Source of the DNA: Eledone cirrhosa
Taxonomy: Eukaryota
Direction: 5' to 3'
Assembly: GCA_964016885.1 (NCBI GenBank)
Contig: OZ024742.1
Coordinates: 239,568,001 to 239,632,000 of the forward strand
Length of the DNA stretch: 64,000 bases
In this document: positions 31,391 through 46,117 of the stretch, in pieces
How positions within the stretch are numbered: position 1 is the first letter of the stretch
Layout: each line of letters starts with the position of its first letter
Made by a program: the position numbers and the translations under genes
The notes under the pieces: generated by a model
What the model saw: only the letters and a program-made list of their open reading frames with translations
Told to the model about the DNA's origin: nothing
The model's database searches: none

Positions 31391-31975
31391 TTAAATTAAA
31401 TATATAATAATTTCTTCCACTCAATAAATACATCACTAAATATTTTTGCCATTAAGCTGTGTTGTGGGAATATCCAAAACAGTGGAGAAGGCCATATGGT
31501 GTAACAATGATTTGGTATGGATGAGTGAGACTGTGTAGTAGAAAATGCAGGCTTAGACACTTTTTTCAGTGTAGTCCCAGCAAGAAGTGTCAAAAACTAG
31601 TTTCCTCAGCTTCCCAAACTGTAAGTTGAAATTATTAAATTTGGGAGAATAGGTTGCACTTGCACGTGATAAAGTTAGCCTACCCCACCAAACACTCTGA
31701 CACTAGCTCTTTAAAACTGACATATTGTGGTTCAATACTGTGAGATGAAAGGGAAAGTGGGAAAATTGTAAATAAATATATATTTGTATTACAGGACAAC
31801 TGGACTGTGCCTGTAGATATCTAAGTGTTCATAGAAAAGAATTTTAACAAGCTATTAGAAGCTTTAATAATCACAGTAAAACACGTTCAGTAAAATAACA
31901 CCATATGAAAGACATTCTTCTTATCAGCAAAAAGTCATGCATGGTTATGTTGTCAGAAAACATCTGAGTGTGTGT

Positions 31976-32064
<89 letters not shown>

Positions 32065-32139
32065 TGTGTGTCTGTGTGTGTGTCTGTGTGTGTCTGTGTG
32101 TGTCTGTGTGTGTGTGTGTTGGTTCGAAAATGAGTGTCC

Positions 32140-32395
32140 CCATTGTTTGATCATCAGAACAGCCTGCTCACAAAATTAACATGCTAGTAGCTGAGTATTC
32201 CACAGGTACATGTACACTTAACGTAGTTCTCAGGGAGATTCAGCATGACATGATGTTCACCAAGGCTGGTTCTTTAAATTACAGGTACAAACTCATTTTT
32301 TCAACTGGGTAGACTGGAGCAATGTGAATTAAAATGCACCACCAGGAATTAAACTTATGAACTGAACACTTTAACCACTAAGCCACATCCCTTCA
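32140..32395 (-). mobile_element. SINE family B
   Basis: Reverse complement of family-B head and tail. Confidence 0.75.
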
Positions 32396-32779
32396 TAAAC
32401 ATCTGATTGACAGTAACATTTCTAAATTACTTCAGTATTCTTACCTTGGACCAACAGCCACTGTATGAGCACACAGTTAGAAAGGGATGCTTTTGAAATC
32501 TTGAGAGGTTATGGTACCGACACTGTTTATGGCGAAACATTCTCTTCTTTGAGTTTGTCCAGGTGTTTTATAGTTATATAGGTGGGTCTGTACATTTTAA
32601 TTTACCTTTTTAATTATTATGTATTTTTCACACTTTTCGTAGACTTTGTGCTTTTCACTCTAGTAATTGAAAACATACCCTTTTGTGTTTTCTTCCGTAT
32701 ATACTGTATATTTATATATGTATATATGTAATATATATAATATACTATATATATCTAATTCATATAAATAGTATATAGT

Positions 32780-32995
32780 GAAGACACGTAGTTTAGTGGT
32801 TAGGGAGTTGGATTCACAATCGTGAGGTTATCAGTTTGATTTCCAGACTGTCTGATGCATTATATCCCTGAATAAGACATTTTATTTCACTTTGCTCCCA
32901 TTCACTCAGCTGTAGAAATAAACTGCTACATCACTGGTGCCAAGCTGTATCAGCTTTCATTTGCCTTTCCCTTAGACAACATCAGTGGAACTTTC
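32780..32995 (+). mobile_element. SINE family B variant
   Basis: tagtttagtggttagg..cagtttgattt..aagacattttatttcactttgctcc. Confidence 0.7.
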
Positions 32996-33075
32996 TAGGT
33001 GAAAATCCTATGGTCATTCATGGACTTAGGGGGTCTTTACCCTTTATATAGTATATCATGATGATGATGATGATC

Positions 33076-33330
33076 AGGGAAGACTGCGTTGGTATGGACA
33101 TGTGATGCGCTTGGAGGATGACCGCTGGGTAAAGAAGTGCCAAGAAATCACAGTAGAAGGAAGACGCAGTTGAGGTAGACCACGAAAAACATGGACGGAG
33201 GTGGTGAGAGCACCCCTTCAGATCACTGAAGCTCATGGAGGAGATGACGAAGGATCGTGATGAATGGAGAGATGCCGTGCTTAATAAGACCCGTCCCACC
33301 CTTGCAAGCAAGGAAAAGTGGATGTAAAAC

Positions 33331-33374
<44 letters not shown>
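33076..33374 (+). mobile_element. RTE LINE 3' end with (GAT)n tail
   Basis: RLRWYGHVMRLEDDRWVKKCQEITVEG..GRPRKTW; tail gcaaggaaaagtggatgtaaaac(gat)n. Confidence 0.88.
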
Positions 33375-33659
33375 CCATCATCATCGTTTAACATCCATCT
33401 TCTAACACCAACCACATTTACAGTGTGGACTGGGAGCCTTTTCACCGTGTCTCCTACACGGCCACCTTACAGCGTGGACTGTTGTGTCATCGTTACAGTG
33501 GACGGAACGGGAAAGGGAGGATGGGGTAGGGTGTGTGGGGTGGTATGTACATTGGGTTAAGAGGTGCCTACTGACTGTAGGTTTGTATGCAATGACAGTC
33601 GGATCCTCTGTACAACTGCATGGAGCCGCCAAAGATCTCGATCTAGTGTCATTGTCTTA

Positions 33660-33990
33660 GAGACGTGTAAGTGAGCAAGGTCAGTTTTTATCACCACATC
33701 CCAGGTTTTTCTTGGTCTACCCACTCAGTAGTTTCCATCAATTTTCATTGCCCTGCACTTTTTTATACAGCTGTCATCCTTCATACGCATCACATGTCCA
33801 TACCAACGCAATCTCTTCTCCAGAACACAACATTTGATACCTCTTGTGCTTAGACTCTCCCTCAATTCGTTTATGCCTTGCCGTTCACGCACATTACTAT
33901 TACACACCCATCGGGGCATGCAAGCTACATTTCTTTCTAATCTATGCAAGTCTTCAGCACACAACGCCCAGGTCTCACAACCATGTAATA
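33660..33990 (-). mobile_element. RTE LINE fragment
   Basis: LHGCETWAL..LHRLERN..RLRWYGHVMRMKDDSCIKKC. Confidence 0.85.
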
Positions 33991-34879
33991 TATATATAAA
34001 ATGTTCCCAGAACATGCTGTTGACATTAAGAAGTGCCTCCAGACATAGAAACTAAGCCCAAATGGAACAATTGAACAAGATGTAGTCAATTGACTGGTCT
34101 GGCTTCAGAAACGGACAATCAGTCTAACCCATGCAAGCATGGTAAATAGAAGGTGCTGATGATGATGATGATATGTAAAGAATAAAATCAATAAAAATAT
34201 ATAAACAGCAACATGAAAAAAACATTACAACTGTTAGCTTTAAAGAAGGAATAAAAGTGTCTTAAGATTTCAGATGCTAGTTCTTCATTTGAAAGGAAAA
34301 GAGGATTTTTTTTAAAGAGAAGAAAAGTGACTGACAAAAAAAAGGAAGCAAAAGAAAGACATGGCTAAATATCAGCTATATTGGAATTCTATTTTTCTTT
34401 CACTGTTTAATTTGAAACCAAAAGGGTCTCCTGTTTGTTACATGAGGTCACTCTCATCTCCTAAAGAAAATACACTTGAACAGAACAGGATAAAAAAGTA
34501 AACACATAAACGATTATTAAATCTGTATAATTTCTAATTGTTGGAAATAGAAAAAAACAACATTTTAATGAAAAACTGTCACATTGTATTCATGGTTTGG
34601 CAACCACTACCACAGCATTCACACATACACAATCACGCACACACACAATCACGCACATACACAAACACATACATTCATACATATATACACACACACAATA
34701 TACAAACACACACGTAGTCAATCAAAAGTGTCTCAAATTCAGGTCATACTCTATGTTTTGCAAGCGTAATTTTAAACAAAAAACAAAGCGCTTGATCTGA
34801 AACATTTCACTAAATGAACAATTGTATGGCAGCATTAAGTCACAAAAACGTGTTCTTCCATTAATCAAAGATATCCCCG

Positions 34880-35100
34880 AGGATAAAGTATAAAGTCTGT
34901 CTCGATGCTTATTCCAGTTTCCGTGATATGAAGTAACTGAGAGTACAAGACTTCCCACTGAACAGGATGCCAGTCCATTGCAGGGCTAAACCCCCAGCTA
35001 TTGCTGATACTCATTTTCAGTTGAGTATACTGGAGCAATGTGAGATGAAGGGTTTTGCTCAAGAACATAACACATAATCTATTCCTGGAATGGAACCCAC
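34880..35100 (-). mobile_element. SINE family B
   Basis: ctcattttcagttgagtatactggagcaatgtgagatgaag..ttgctcaag. Confidence 0.7.
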
Positions 35101-35614
35101 GAAGGCCTGAGAAAAAAGGGAAGTAGCTTACCTGTGCTTAGGGACTTTCCTGGTATCCTTTAAAGAGCAATTGGAGGTATCTCTCATAGATACATGAAGT
35201 GAAATCTCCTTCATTGGGAAGGGGGGGGGGCATATGGTACAATATGCATTTCTTTCACAACTGAGGACAGGACAAAGGCAGAAGTTTAGTTGGTACAGGT
35301 CACACATACCCATAAATTGATTCCTCAGTATACAGAGTATATCTGGTCATCTAGTTCCTCCAGCCTTATGACAATGGGCCACATATGGAGTATATGGGAT
35401 AGAGGAATATGTACATGCCATAATAAAGGACATAGGTGATTATGTCAACACTTGCTTCATGGTCATTTTCATGACTGGAATACCTTTGATAATTTTTATT
35501 TTTTTAAAATCTGAATCAACAAGATCCCAGACCTCATTTGCTGAGTGAGGTGGAACTTGAACTCATCAGATCAGACCAAGGAAACAATTGCTAATACCAA
35601 TTCGCCATCTATTA

Positions 35615-36065
35615 CCATAGTGCTGCAAAATACTTAAATTTATACTAAACTATGCTCTAATGATTCTACCAAACCATAGTGCTGCAAAATACTTAAATTT
35701 ATACTAAACTATGCTCTAATGATTCTACCAAACCATAGTGCTGCAAAATACTTAAATTTATACTAAACTATGCTCTAATGATTCTACCAAGCCATAGTGC
35801 TGCAAAATACTTAAATTTATACTAAACTATGCTCTAATGATTCTACCAAGCCATAGTGCTGCAAAATACTTAAATTTATACTAAACTATGCTCTAATGAT
35901 TCTACCACGCCATAGTGCTGCAAAATACTTAAATTTATACTAAACTATGCTCTAATGATTCTACCAAGCCATAGTGCTGCAAAATACTTAAATGTATACT
36001 AAACTATGCTCTAATGATTCTACCAAGCCATAGTGCTATAATATACTTAAATTCATATTAAACTA
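35615..36065. repeat. 59-bp minisatellite, ~7.6 nearly identical copies
   Basis: Unit ccatagtgctgcaaaatacttaaatttatactaaactatgctctaatgattctaccaa(a/g), starts at 35615, 35674, 35733... Confidence 0.97.
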
Positions 36066-36143
36066 TTAAAGTCATTTTTTTCCAATAGAAAAATAGCAAA
36101 AGACTACATTTAGTAGCATTTGAAGTCTGTTATGTAACATGTT

Positions 36144-36600
36144 CATCATCATCATCATCACCGTTTTACGTCCGTTCTTCCACGCTAGCATGGGTTAGAC
36201 GGGTTGTCCTGTTGTGGGCAGTGTCCGGTCGGCTGACCTTGTCTTGCTCATACGGGAGCTGATTCTGGCTTGATTTCTACAGCTGGATGCCCTTCCTAAC
36301 ACCAACCTCATTTACATTGAGTGCTGGGTGCTTTTTTCCGTGGCACATACACATCCACTTTACAGTGTGGGCTGGGTGCTTTTTTGCAGTGGCACCTCCA
36401 CGACCACTTTGCAGTGGGAGGGTGTGGGGGCATATTGTCTATATACTTCAGCTTTGGCTTGTACCCATGGGGGGGTCTGGTCTTTTGTATTACTGCGTGA
36501 CACCAGAGCTCACGGTCATGTGTCATCGCCTTTGAGAGGTGTAATTGAGTAAGGTCGGCTTTTATCACCTCATCCCAGGTCTTCTTGGGTCTCCCCACTC
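36144..36600 (-). mobile_element. RTE 3' remnant plus RTE-tailed SINE-like element
   Basis: GRPKKTWDEVIKADL.. (36455-36598) followed by 48-bp modules and the (GAT)n tail. Confidence 0.75.
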
Positions 36601-38072
36601 CGAAGGCAGCAAACTGGTAGAGTCGTTAGAACACCAAATAGAATGCTTTGCAGTATTTGTTCTGGTTCTCTACTCTCTGAGTTCAAATCCCAAACAGGTT
36701 AACTTTGTATTTCATCTTTTTGAGATTGATAAAAAAAAAAGTACCAGTCTAATACTGGGGTCATTTCTTTCTCTATGTCCTGTTCTTACTTCCTCTCTCT
36801 CACTTTCTATCCTTCTCTGGAAGGAATCTGTTGCATTCAGACCTGGAGAGGAGATGTGTTCCACCAGGTTTTAAAATGCCCTAGAAATGCTGTATGTGAT
36901 TACAGCACCCCTAAGACACCCTCGGGAGTTATGGGATCATGTCATACCATTGTAGTGTTAATCATTTACCCTGTCTCCATTTATTTACCATGAGAAATAT
37001 AGAGAAAAAAGCTACTCCAATACTAGACTGGTACTTTTTTATCGAACTCGAATGGATGGAAAGCAAAGTTGACCTCAGTGGGATTTTGACTCAGAATCTC
37101 TTTCTTTTCTCTTATCTCTCACTCTCTAACCTTCTATGGAAGAAATGTGCTGTACTCAGGCTTGGAGAGGTTTGAAAATGCCGAAGAAACCATCAGGACC
37201 ATGTTATAATATGTTATAATATGTCATACCATACCATACCATATTGTTTAACATGTCATAATATATCATACCATACCATGCTATTTAACATGTCATAATA
37301 TGTCATACCATGCTATTTAACATGTCATAATATGTCATGCCATACTATTCAACATGACATATGTCATACCATATTATTTAACATGTCATAATATGTCATA
37401 CCATACTATTTAACATGTCATAATATGTCATACTATGCTGTTTAACATGTCATAATATGTCATACTATGCTGTTTAACATGTCATAAAATGTCATACCGT
37501 GCTATTTAACATGTCATAATGTCATACCATACTATTCAACATGACATATGTCATACCATATTATTTAACATGTCATAATATGTCATACCATACTATTTAA
37601 CATGTCATAATATGTCATACCATGCTGTTTAACATGTCATAAAATGTCATACCGTGCTATTTAACATGTCATAATGTCATACCATACTATTCAACATGAC
37701 ATATGTCATACCATATTATTTAACATGTCATAATATGTCATACCATACCATACTATTTAACATGTCATAATATATCATACCCTACTATTTAACTTGACAT
37801 ATGTCAAACCATATTATTTAACATGTCATAATATGTCATACCATACCATACTATTCAACATGACATATGTCATACCATATTATTTAACATGTCATAATAT
37901 GTCATACCATATCATACTATTTAACATGTCATAATATGTCATACCATACTATTTAACATGTCATAATGTGTCATACCATACCATACTATTCAACATGACA
38001 TATACCATACCATATTATTTAACATGTCATAATATGTCATACCATATCATACTATTTAACATGTCATAATAT

Positions 38073-38265
38073 CTCATGGAAGCAAGGTTGGCTGGTAAGA
38101 GAAGCAGAGGCCAGCAGCCAAAACGAGGTCTTGACAATGTCAATTTATGGACTGGACTTGATATTTACTCTTTGAACTCTGCTGCTGGTGATCGAACTTT
38201 GTGAAGAGTGCTATCACATGTTAATGCATAGTCTGCAACTGGAGGAGTTTAGTGTCACAAGAAGA
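38073..38265 (+). mobile_element. RTE (BovB-like) 3' end inserted in satellite, copy 1
   Basis: LMEARLAGKRSRGQQPKRGLDNVNLWTGL..AAGDR, ends in aagaagaa. Confidence 0.7.
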
Positions 38266-39604
38266 ATATGTCATACCATACCATACTATTTAACATGTCA
38301 TAATATGTCATACCATACTATTCAACATGTCATAATATGTCATACCATACTATTCAACATGTCATAATATGTCATATCATACTATTTAACATGTCATAAT
38401 GTCATACCATACCACACTATTTAACATGTCATAATATGTCATACCATACCATACTATTTAACATATCATAATATGTCATACCATACCATACTATTTAACA
38501 TGTCATAATATGTCATACCATACCATACTTTTTAACATGTCATAATATGTCATACCATACCACACTATTTAACATGTCATAATGTCATACCATACCATAC
38601 TATTTAACATGTCATAATATGTCAGACCATGCCATATTATTTAACATGTCATAATATGTCAAACCATACTATTTAATATGCCATAATATACCATACCATA
38701 CTATTTAACATGTTGTAATAAGTCATACCATACCATACTATTTAACATATCCTAATATGTCATACCATACTATTTAACATGTCATATGTCATACGATGCT
38801 ATTTAACATGTGATATGTCATACCATGCCATACTATTTAACATATCATAATATGTCATACCATACCACAATATATTAACGTCATAATATGTCATACCATA
38901 CCACACTATTTAACATGTCATAATATGTCATACCATGCCATATTATTTAACATGCCATAATATGTCAAACCATACTATTTAACATGTCATAATATGTCAT
39001 ACTATACTATTTAACATGTCATAATATGCCATACCATGCCATACTATTTAACATGTCATAATATATCATACCCTACTATTTAACATGACATATGTCATAC
39101 CATATTATTTAACATGTCATAATATGTCATACCATACCATGCTATTTAATGTGTCATAATATGTCATACTATACCATACTATTTACCATGTCAAAATATG
39201 TCATACCATACTATTTAACATGTCATAATAAGTCATACTATACCATGCTATTTAATGTGTCATAATATGTCATACCATGCCATACTATTTAACATGTCAT
39301 AATATATCATACCCTACTATTTAACTTGACATATGTCAAACCATATTATTTAACATGTCATAATATGTCATACCATACCATACTATTCAACATGACATAT
39401 GTCATACCATATTATTTAACATGTCATAATATGTCATACCATATCATACTATTTAACATGTCATAATATGTCATACCATACTATTTAACATGTCATAATG
39501 TGTCATACCATACCATACTATTCAACATGACATATGTCATACCATATTATTTAACATGTCATAATATGTCATACCATATCATACTATTTAACATGTCATA
39601 ATAT

Positions 39605-39797
39605 CTCATGGAAGCAAGGTTGGCTGGTAAGAGAAGCAGAGGCCAGCAGCCAAGACGAGGTCTTGACAATGTCAATTTATGGACTGGACTTGATATTTAC
39701 TCTTTGAACTCTGCTGCTGGTGATCGAACTTTGTGAAGAGTGCTATCACATGTTAATGCATAGTCTGCAACTGGAGGAGTTTAGTGTCACAGGAAGA
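39605..39797 (+). mobile_element. RTE 3' end inserted in satellite, copy 2
   Basis: Nearly identical to 38073-38265 with identical junctions. Confidence 0.7.
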
Positions 39798-42700
39798 ATA
39801 TGTCATACCTTACCATACTATTTAACATGTCATAATATGTCATACCATACTATTCAACATGTCATAATATGTCATACCATACTATTCAACATGTCATAAT
39901 ATGTCATATCATACTATTTAACATGTCATAATGTCATATCATACCATACTATTTAACATGTCATAATATGTCATACCATACCATACTATTTAGCATATCA
40001 TAATATGTCATACCATACCATACTATTTAACATGTCATAATATGTCATACCATACTATTCAACATGTCATAATATGTCATACCATACTATTCAACATGTC
40101 ATAATATGTCATGTCATACTATTTAACATGTGATAATGTCATACCATACCATACTATTTAACATGTCATAATATGTCATACCATACCATACTATTTAACA
40201 TATCATAATATGTCATACCATACCATACTATTTAACATGTCATAATATGTCATACCATACTATTCAACATGTCATAATATGTCATACCATACTATTCAAC
40301 ATGTCATAATATGTCATATCATACTATTTAACATGTCATAATGTCATATCATACCATACCATACTATTTAACATGTCATAATATGTCATACCATACCATA
40401 CTATTTAACATGTCATAATATGTCATACCATACCATACTTTTTAACATGTCATAATATGTCATACCATACCACACTATTTAACATGTCATAATATGTCAT
40501 ACCATACCACACTATCTAACATGTCATAATATGTCATATCATGCCATATTATTTAACATGTCATAATATGTCAAACCATACTATTTAATATGTCATAATA
40601 TACCATACCGTACTATTTAACATGTCATAATATGTCATACCATGCCATATTATTTAACATGCCATAATATGTCAAACCATGCTATTTAACATGTCATATT
40701 ATGTCATACCATACTATTTAACATGTCATAATATGTCATACCATGCTATTTAACATGTCATATTATATCATACCATACCATACTATTTAACATGTCATAA
40801 TATGTAATACCATGCTATTTAACATGTCATATGTCATACCACGCCATACTATTTAACATGTCATAATATGTCATACCATGCCATACTATTTAACGTCATA
40901 ATATGTCATATCATAATATCTCATACCATACTATTTAACATGTGATAATATGTCATACCATGCCATACTATTTAACGTCATAATATGTCATACCATACTA
41001 TTTAACATCATAATATGTCATACCATACCATACTATTTAACGTCATAATATGTCATACCATACCATACTATTTAACATGTCATAATATGTCATACCATGC
41101 TATTTAACATGTCATATTATATCATACCATACCATACTATTTAACGTGTAATAATATATCATACCATGCTATTTAACATGTCATATGTCATACCATGCTA
41201 TTTAACATGTTATATGTCATACCATGCTATTTAACATGTTATATGTCATACCATGCTATTTAACATGCCATATGTCATACCATGCCATACTATTTAACAT
41301 GTCATAATATGTCATACCATGCCATACTATTTAACGTCATAATATGTCATACCATACTATTTATCGTCATAATATGTCATACCATACTATTTAGCATGTC
41401 ATAATATGTCATACCATGCTATTTAACATGTCATATGTCATACCATGCCATACTATTTAACATGCCATAATATGTCATACCATACCATACTATTCAACAT
41501 GTCATAATATGTCATACCATGCCATATTATTTAACATGCCATAATATGTCAAACCATACTATTTAACATGTCATAATATGTCATACCATATCATACTATT
41601 TAACATGCCATAATGTGTCAAACCATACTATTTAACATGTCATATTATGTCATACCATACCATACTATTTAACATGTCATAATATGTCATACCATGCTAT
41701 TTAACATGCCATATTATATCATACCATACCATACTATTTAACATCTGATAATATGTCATACATGCTATTTAACATGTCATATGTCATACCATGCCATACC
41801 ATGCTATTTAACATGTCATATGTCATACCACGCCATACTATTTAACGTGTCATAATATGTCATACCATGCCATACTATTTAACGTCATAATATGTCATAC
41901 CATACTATTTAACATCATAATATGTCATACCATACCATACTATTTAACGTCATAATATGTCATACCATACTATTTAACATATCATAATATGTCATACCAT
42001 ACTATTTAACATGTCATAATATATCATACCATGCTATTTAACATGTCATATTATATCATACCATACCATACTATTTAACGTGTAATAATATGTCATACCA
42101 TGCTATTTAACATGTCATATGTCATACCATGCTATTTAACATGTTATATGTCATACCATGCCATACTATTTAACGTCATAATATGTAATACCATACTATT
42201 TATCGTCATAATATGTCATACCATACCATACTATTTAACATATCATAATATGTCATACCATACTATTTAACATGTCATAATATGTCATACCATGCTATTT
42301 AACATGCCATATATCATACCATGCCATACCATGCTGTTTAATATGTCATACCATGCCATACTATTTAACATGTCATAATATGTCATACCATACCACACTA
42401 TTTAACATGCCATAATATGTCATACCATACCATACTATTCAACATGTCATAATATGTCATACCATGTCATATTATTTAACATGCCATAATATGTCAAACC
42501 ATACTATTTAATATGTCATAATATGTCATACCATATCATACTATTTAACATGCCATAATATGTCAAACCATACTATTTAATATGTCATAATATGTCATAC
42601 CATATCATACTATTTAACATGCCATAATATGTCAAACCATACTATTTAATATGTCATAATATGTCATACCATATCATACTATTTAACATGCCATAATATG

Positions 42701-43809
42701 TCAAACCATACTATTTAATATGTCATAATATGTCATACTATTTAACATGCCATAATATGTCAAACCATACTATTTAATATGTCATAATATGTCATACCAT
42801 ATCATACTATTTAACATGCCATAATATGTCAAACCATACTATTTAACATGTCATATTATGTCATACCATACCATGCTATTTAACATGCCATATGTCATAC
42901 CATGCCATACTATTTAACATATCATAATATGTCATACCATGCTATTTAACGTCATAATATGTCATACCATACTATTTAATGTCATAATATGTGATACCAT
43001 AGTATTTAACGTCATAATATATCATACCATACTATATAATGTCATAATATGTCATACCATACCATACTATTTAACATATCATAATATGTCATACCATACT
43101 ATCAATATGTCATAATATGTCATACCATACTATTTAACATGTCATAATATGTCATACCATACTATTTAACATGTCATAATATGTCATACCATGCTATTTA
43201 ACATGTCATAATATGTCATACCATACTATTTAACATGTCATAATATGTCATACCATACTATTTAACATGTCATAATATGTCATACCATGCTATTTAACAT
43301 GTCATATGTCATACCATGCCATACTATTTAACATGTCATAATATGTCATACCATGCTATTTAACATGTCATAATATGTCAGACCATGCCATACTATTTAA
43401 CGTCATAATATGTCATACCATGCCACATTATTTAACATGTCATAATATGTCATACCATACTATTTAACTTGTCATAATATGTCATACCATACCATACTAT
43501 TTAACAAGTCCCCATTTGTAGTGTTGATAATTTATTGTTGATAAATAAATGAATTCCTAAAAGATGTTAAGAGTTAAAAATCACTTCCTTCCAAACTGGT
43601 GAGATTGAAACAATGTCAATGCATGTAGAGGGGGGGAATTCCAGTGAGTGGTGGTGGGACAGTATCTGAGAGGATTGTATGTAGTGGTGATTAATGCCAG
43701 GTCTGGAGGTGTGTAGACATAATATGACAGACACAGTAGCCACATCTTCTACATATTATAACTATAACATCTTCAATAAAAAAAAAAAAGAAAGGATATA
43801 TTAGATAAT

Positions 43810-44176
43810 TGTTTCTACTTTTGGCACAAGGCCAGCAATTATCCAGTGCATAACTGGTACTTTATTTTATTGAGCCCGTAAGGATGAAAGGCAAAGTTAA
43901 CCTCAGTGGAATTTGAACTCAGATCATAAAGGGCCATAACTCTATGTTGTAAAGCATGGCATCCGATCTGCTACCAATACTGCCAAGATAATGGTTTCTG
44001 ATTTAGGCACACGACCAACAATTTTGGGGGGAGTTGATTAAATCGACCCCAGTACATTAGTACATAAGTCTGAAAAGCAAAGCTAATAATTTGAACTTAG
44101 AACGTAAAGGGACATAACTCTATTCCACATAGTATGTTGTCTAACACTCTACCGATACTGCCAAACCACCATCCTT
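43810..44176 (-). mobile_element. Two tandem/nested SINE family A copies
   Basis: 43810-43985 and 43992-44176; outer duplication aagg(a/c)tatattagataat. Confidence 0.8.
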
Positions 44177-44429
44177 AAGGCTATATTAGATAATGAGATC
44201 ATAAATAGACAGTGTAAATAAATAAAACCCTGATGGTCACTGATGGAGTGCCTATGTTCAGAGACTTCCTATCAGAGCTAGCTTGCAGCTATACAACAAT
44301 ACTTTACTAGCTTAACCATTACTGATTTTGCAGAAAGTATCTAAAAATGAGTTTGTTAATTCTAATTTTTATAGTATCTTTACTAGTGGACAGATCATCG
44401 TGAAAATTTGAAGTAAACTAAAATAGGGA

Positions 44430-44625
44430 CAGGTTTGCGATCGTGCCTTTAGCAGTGGAGACTCATGCTGTCCTTGGCCCTAGGACTACCTCCCTACTTA
44501 CCACCATGGGCGCTGAGCTGGCCAGCTGCAGGTGTGAGTCTCGCGAGATGGAATGGCTCTTCCAACACATCTCCCTTACCATCATCCGGGGAAATGCCTT
44601 CTCCATTGTGTCTGCTGGGGCTGTG
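44430..44625 (+). mobile_element. CRE-clade (restriction-like endonuclease) non-LTR retrotransposon C-terminal remnant
   Basis: IVPLAVETHAVLGP..LFQHISLTIIRGNAFSI matches the P.A.ET.G..G / L.QRIS..IQRGNA pattern of CRE elements. Confidence 0.7.
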
Positions 44626-45261
44626 GGGAAGCCAGCACATGGGAACCCACCTGCTCATAATACAGAGAGATGGGGAGGGCAAGAGAGATGGGGAGGGCAA
44701 GAGAGATGGTGGCGATGACAGTGGAAGTTTGGGTCTTCCGTGTGCCAGATTACTATAGAACTTTAAATATGAGAAGTTACTATTGTTAATTAACATTTAG
44801 AATATTAATTTTTAATGTTATACAGCCATAGTGTTGTTTTGTATGCTTCAAGAATGTCTTGCTAATGTGGATTTATATGATTTGATAATTCAAATGTTTA
44901 TGGTATCTTTACTAGCAGACAGATCACTGTGAAAATTTGCAATAAACTAAGGCAAAGCATTTCATTTTTAATGTGATGTAGTCATAATGTTGTTTTGTAT
45001 TTTTTAAGAATGTCTTGTGTTAGTATGGTTTCATGTGGTGCAGAATATTGAGAGTAACAGTACTTACTTCATATCAGCTACAATGAAAATATATGTTGAT
45101 TATAAAGATGGATATTTGAATATTGGACCATAAAAGAAATGGCCTCAATATTTTATGGGTTGTATACGATGATATATGAGGAGATGGTTGTGCTGGTTCT
45201 ATTTACCCTGACCTGACTATAAAGGGTTCTTCCTGAATATTTTATTACACACACAGGTCAA

Positions 45262-45475
45262 TGGATTGGCAGAATCAGTAGCGTATCAGACAAAATGTTT
45301 TGAGGTATTTATTCAACTGTTGACATTCTGAGTTCAAATCATCCAGACAAGATAAATTTTGCTTTTCATCCTTCTAGGGCTGATTAAATAAAATACCAGT
45401 CAAATATTGGGGGTTATGTATTTGAAATTCCTCTCCTCTCAAGCTACAGGTCTTCTACCAATATTATAAATCATA
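45262..45475 (+). mobile_element. Old SINE family A
   Basis: tggattggcagaatc..ctgagttcaaatc..ttttcatccttc..aaataccagtc. Confidence 0.75.
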
Positions 45476-45707
45476 TTTTATGACAGACGACCACAAACAC
45501 ACACATATGGCTCTGTTATAGTCTGAAACATACACTCTTACAGCTTATACAGACCAACAAAAAACGCACACACACCTTTATATTTACCTTCACAGCTCTG
45601 TACACATGCACACACATTTGATCACAGCTTCGTACTTACAAACACACACACACACACTCTCTTTTACTTACATATACATATCCTCTGAGCTTCATACAAA
45701 CGTATAA

Positions 45708-45806
<99 letters not shown>

Positions 45807-46080
45807 CACACATACACACACACAACACACACACCACACACATACACACACACACACACATGTACAGCTCTATATACAAAACGTTTTTTTTTCCTTTCAG
45901 ATAGATGCGCTCAATCACCATCTTTTCAAAAAAGTATATCATACACAAAACGCCAGTATCAACTGTTTTCCAAGGGATGGCAACATGAATGGATCTGTTA
46001 TTTTCCTATAAAAATATTATTTTCGTTTCCACCCTGCCTGTCTCCACAATCTTTCTATTTCTTCTTTAATTTCTCATTCT

Positions 46081-46117
46081 ATTTTCTGATAAAGGACTAG
46101 CGTCCGAAATGTAAAAA
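46081..46117 (+). ncRNA. Degenerate minimal hammerhead motif
   Basis: uuuu-CUGAUAA-aggacuagcgucc-GAAA-ug-UA-aaaa; stem II intact, core G8 lost. Confidence 0.45.

Larger units (their letters stand above)
37200..43510. repeat. ~6.3-kb satellite, basic unit 32 bp (aacatgtcataatatgtcataccatactattt) with +5-bp and shorter variants
   Basis: Directly visible tandem array built from CATRY-like 5-mers. Confidence 0.97.

Noticed and set aside
37200-43510. CRISPR-like repeat/spacer appearance
   Set aside because: Eukaryotic context; repeats are contiguous, the two inserts are the same RTE fragment, and there are no cas genes
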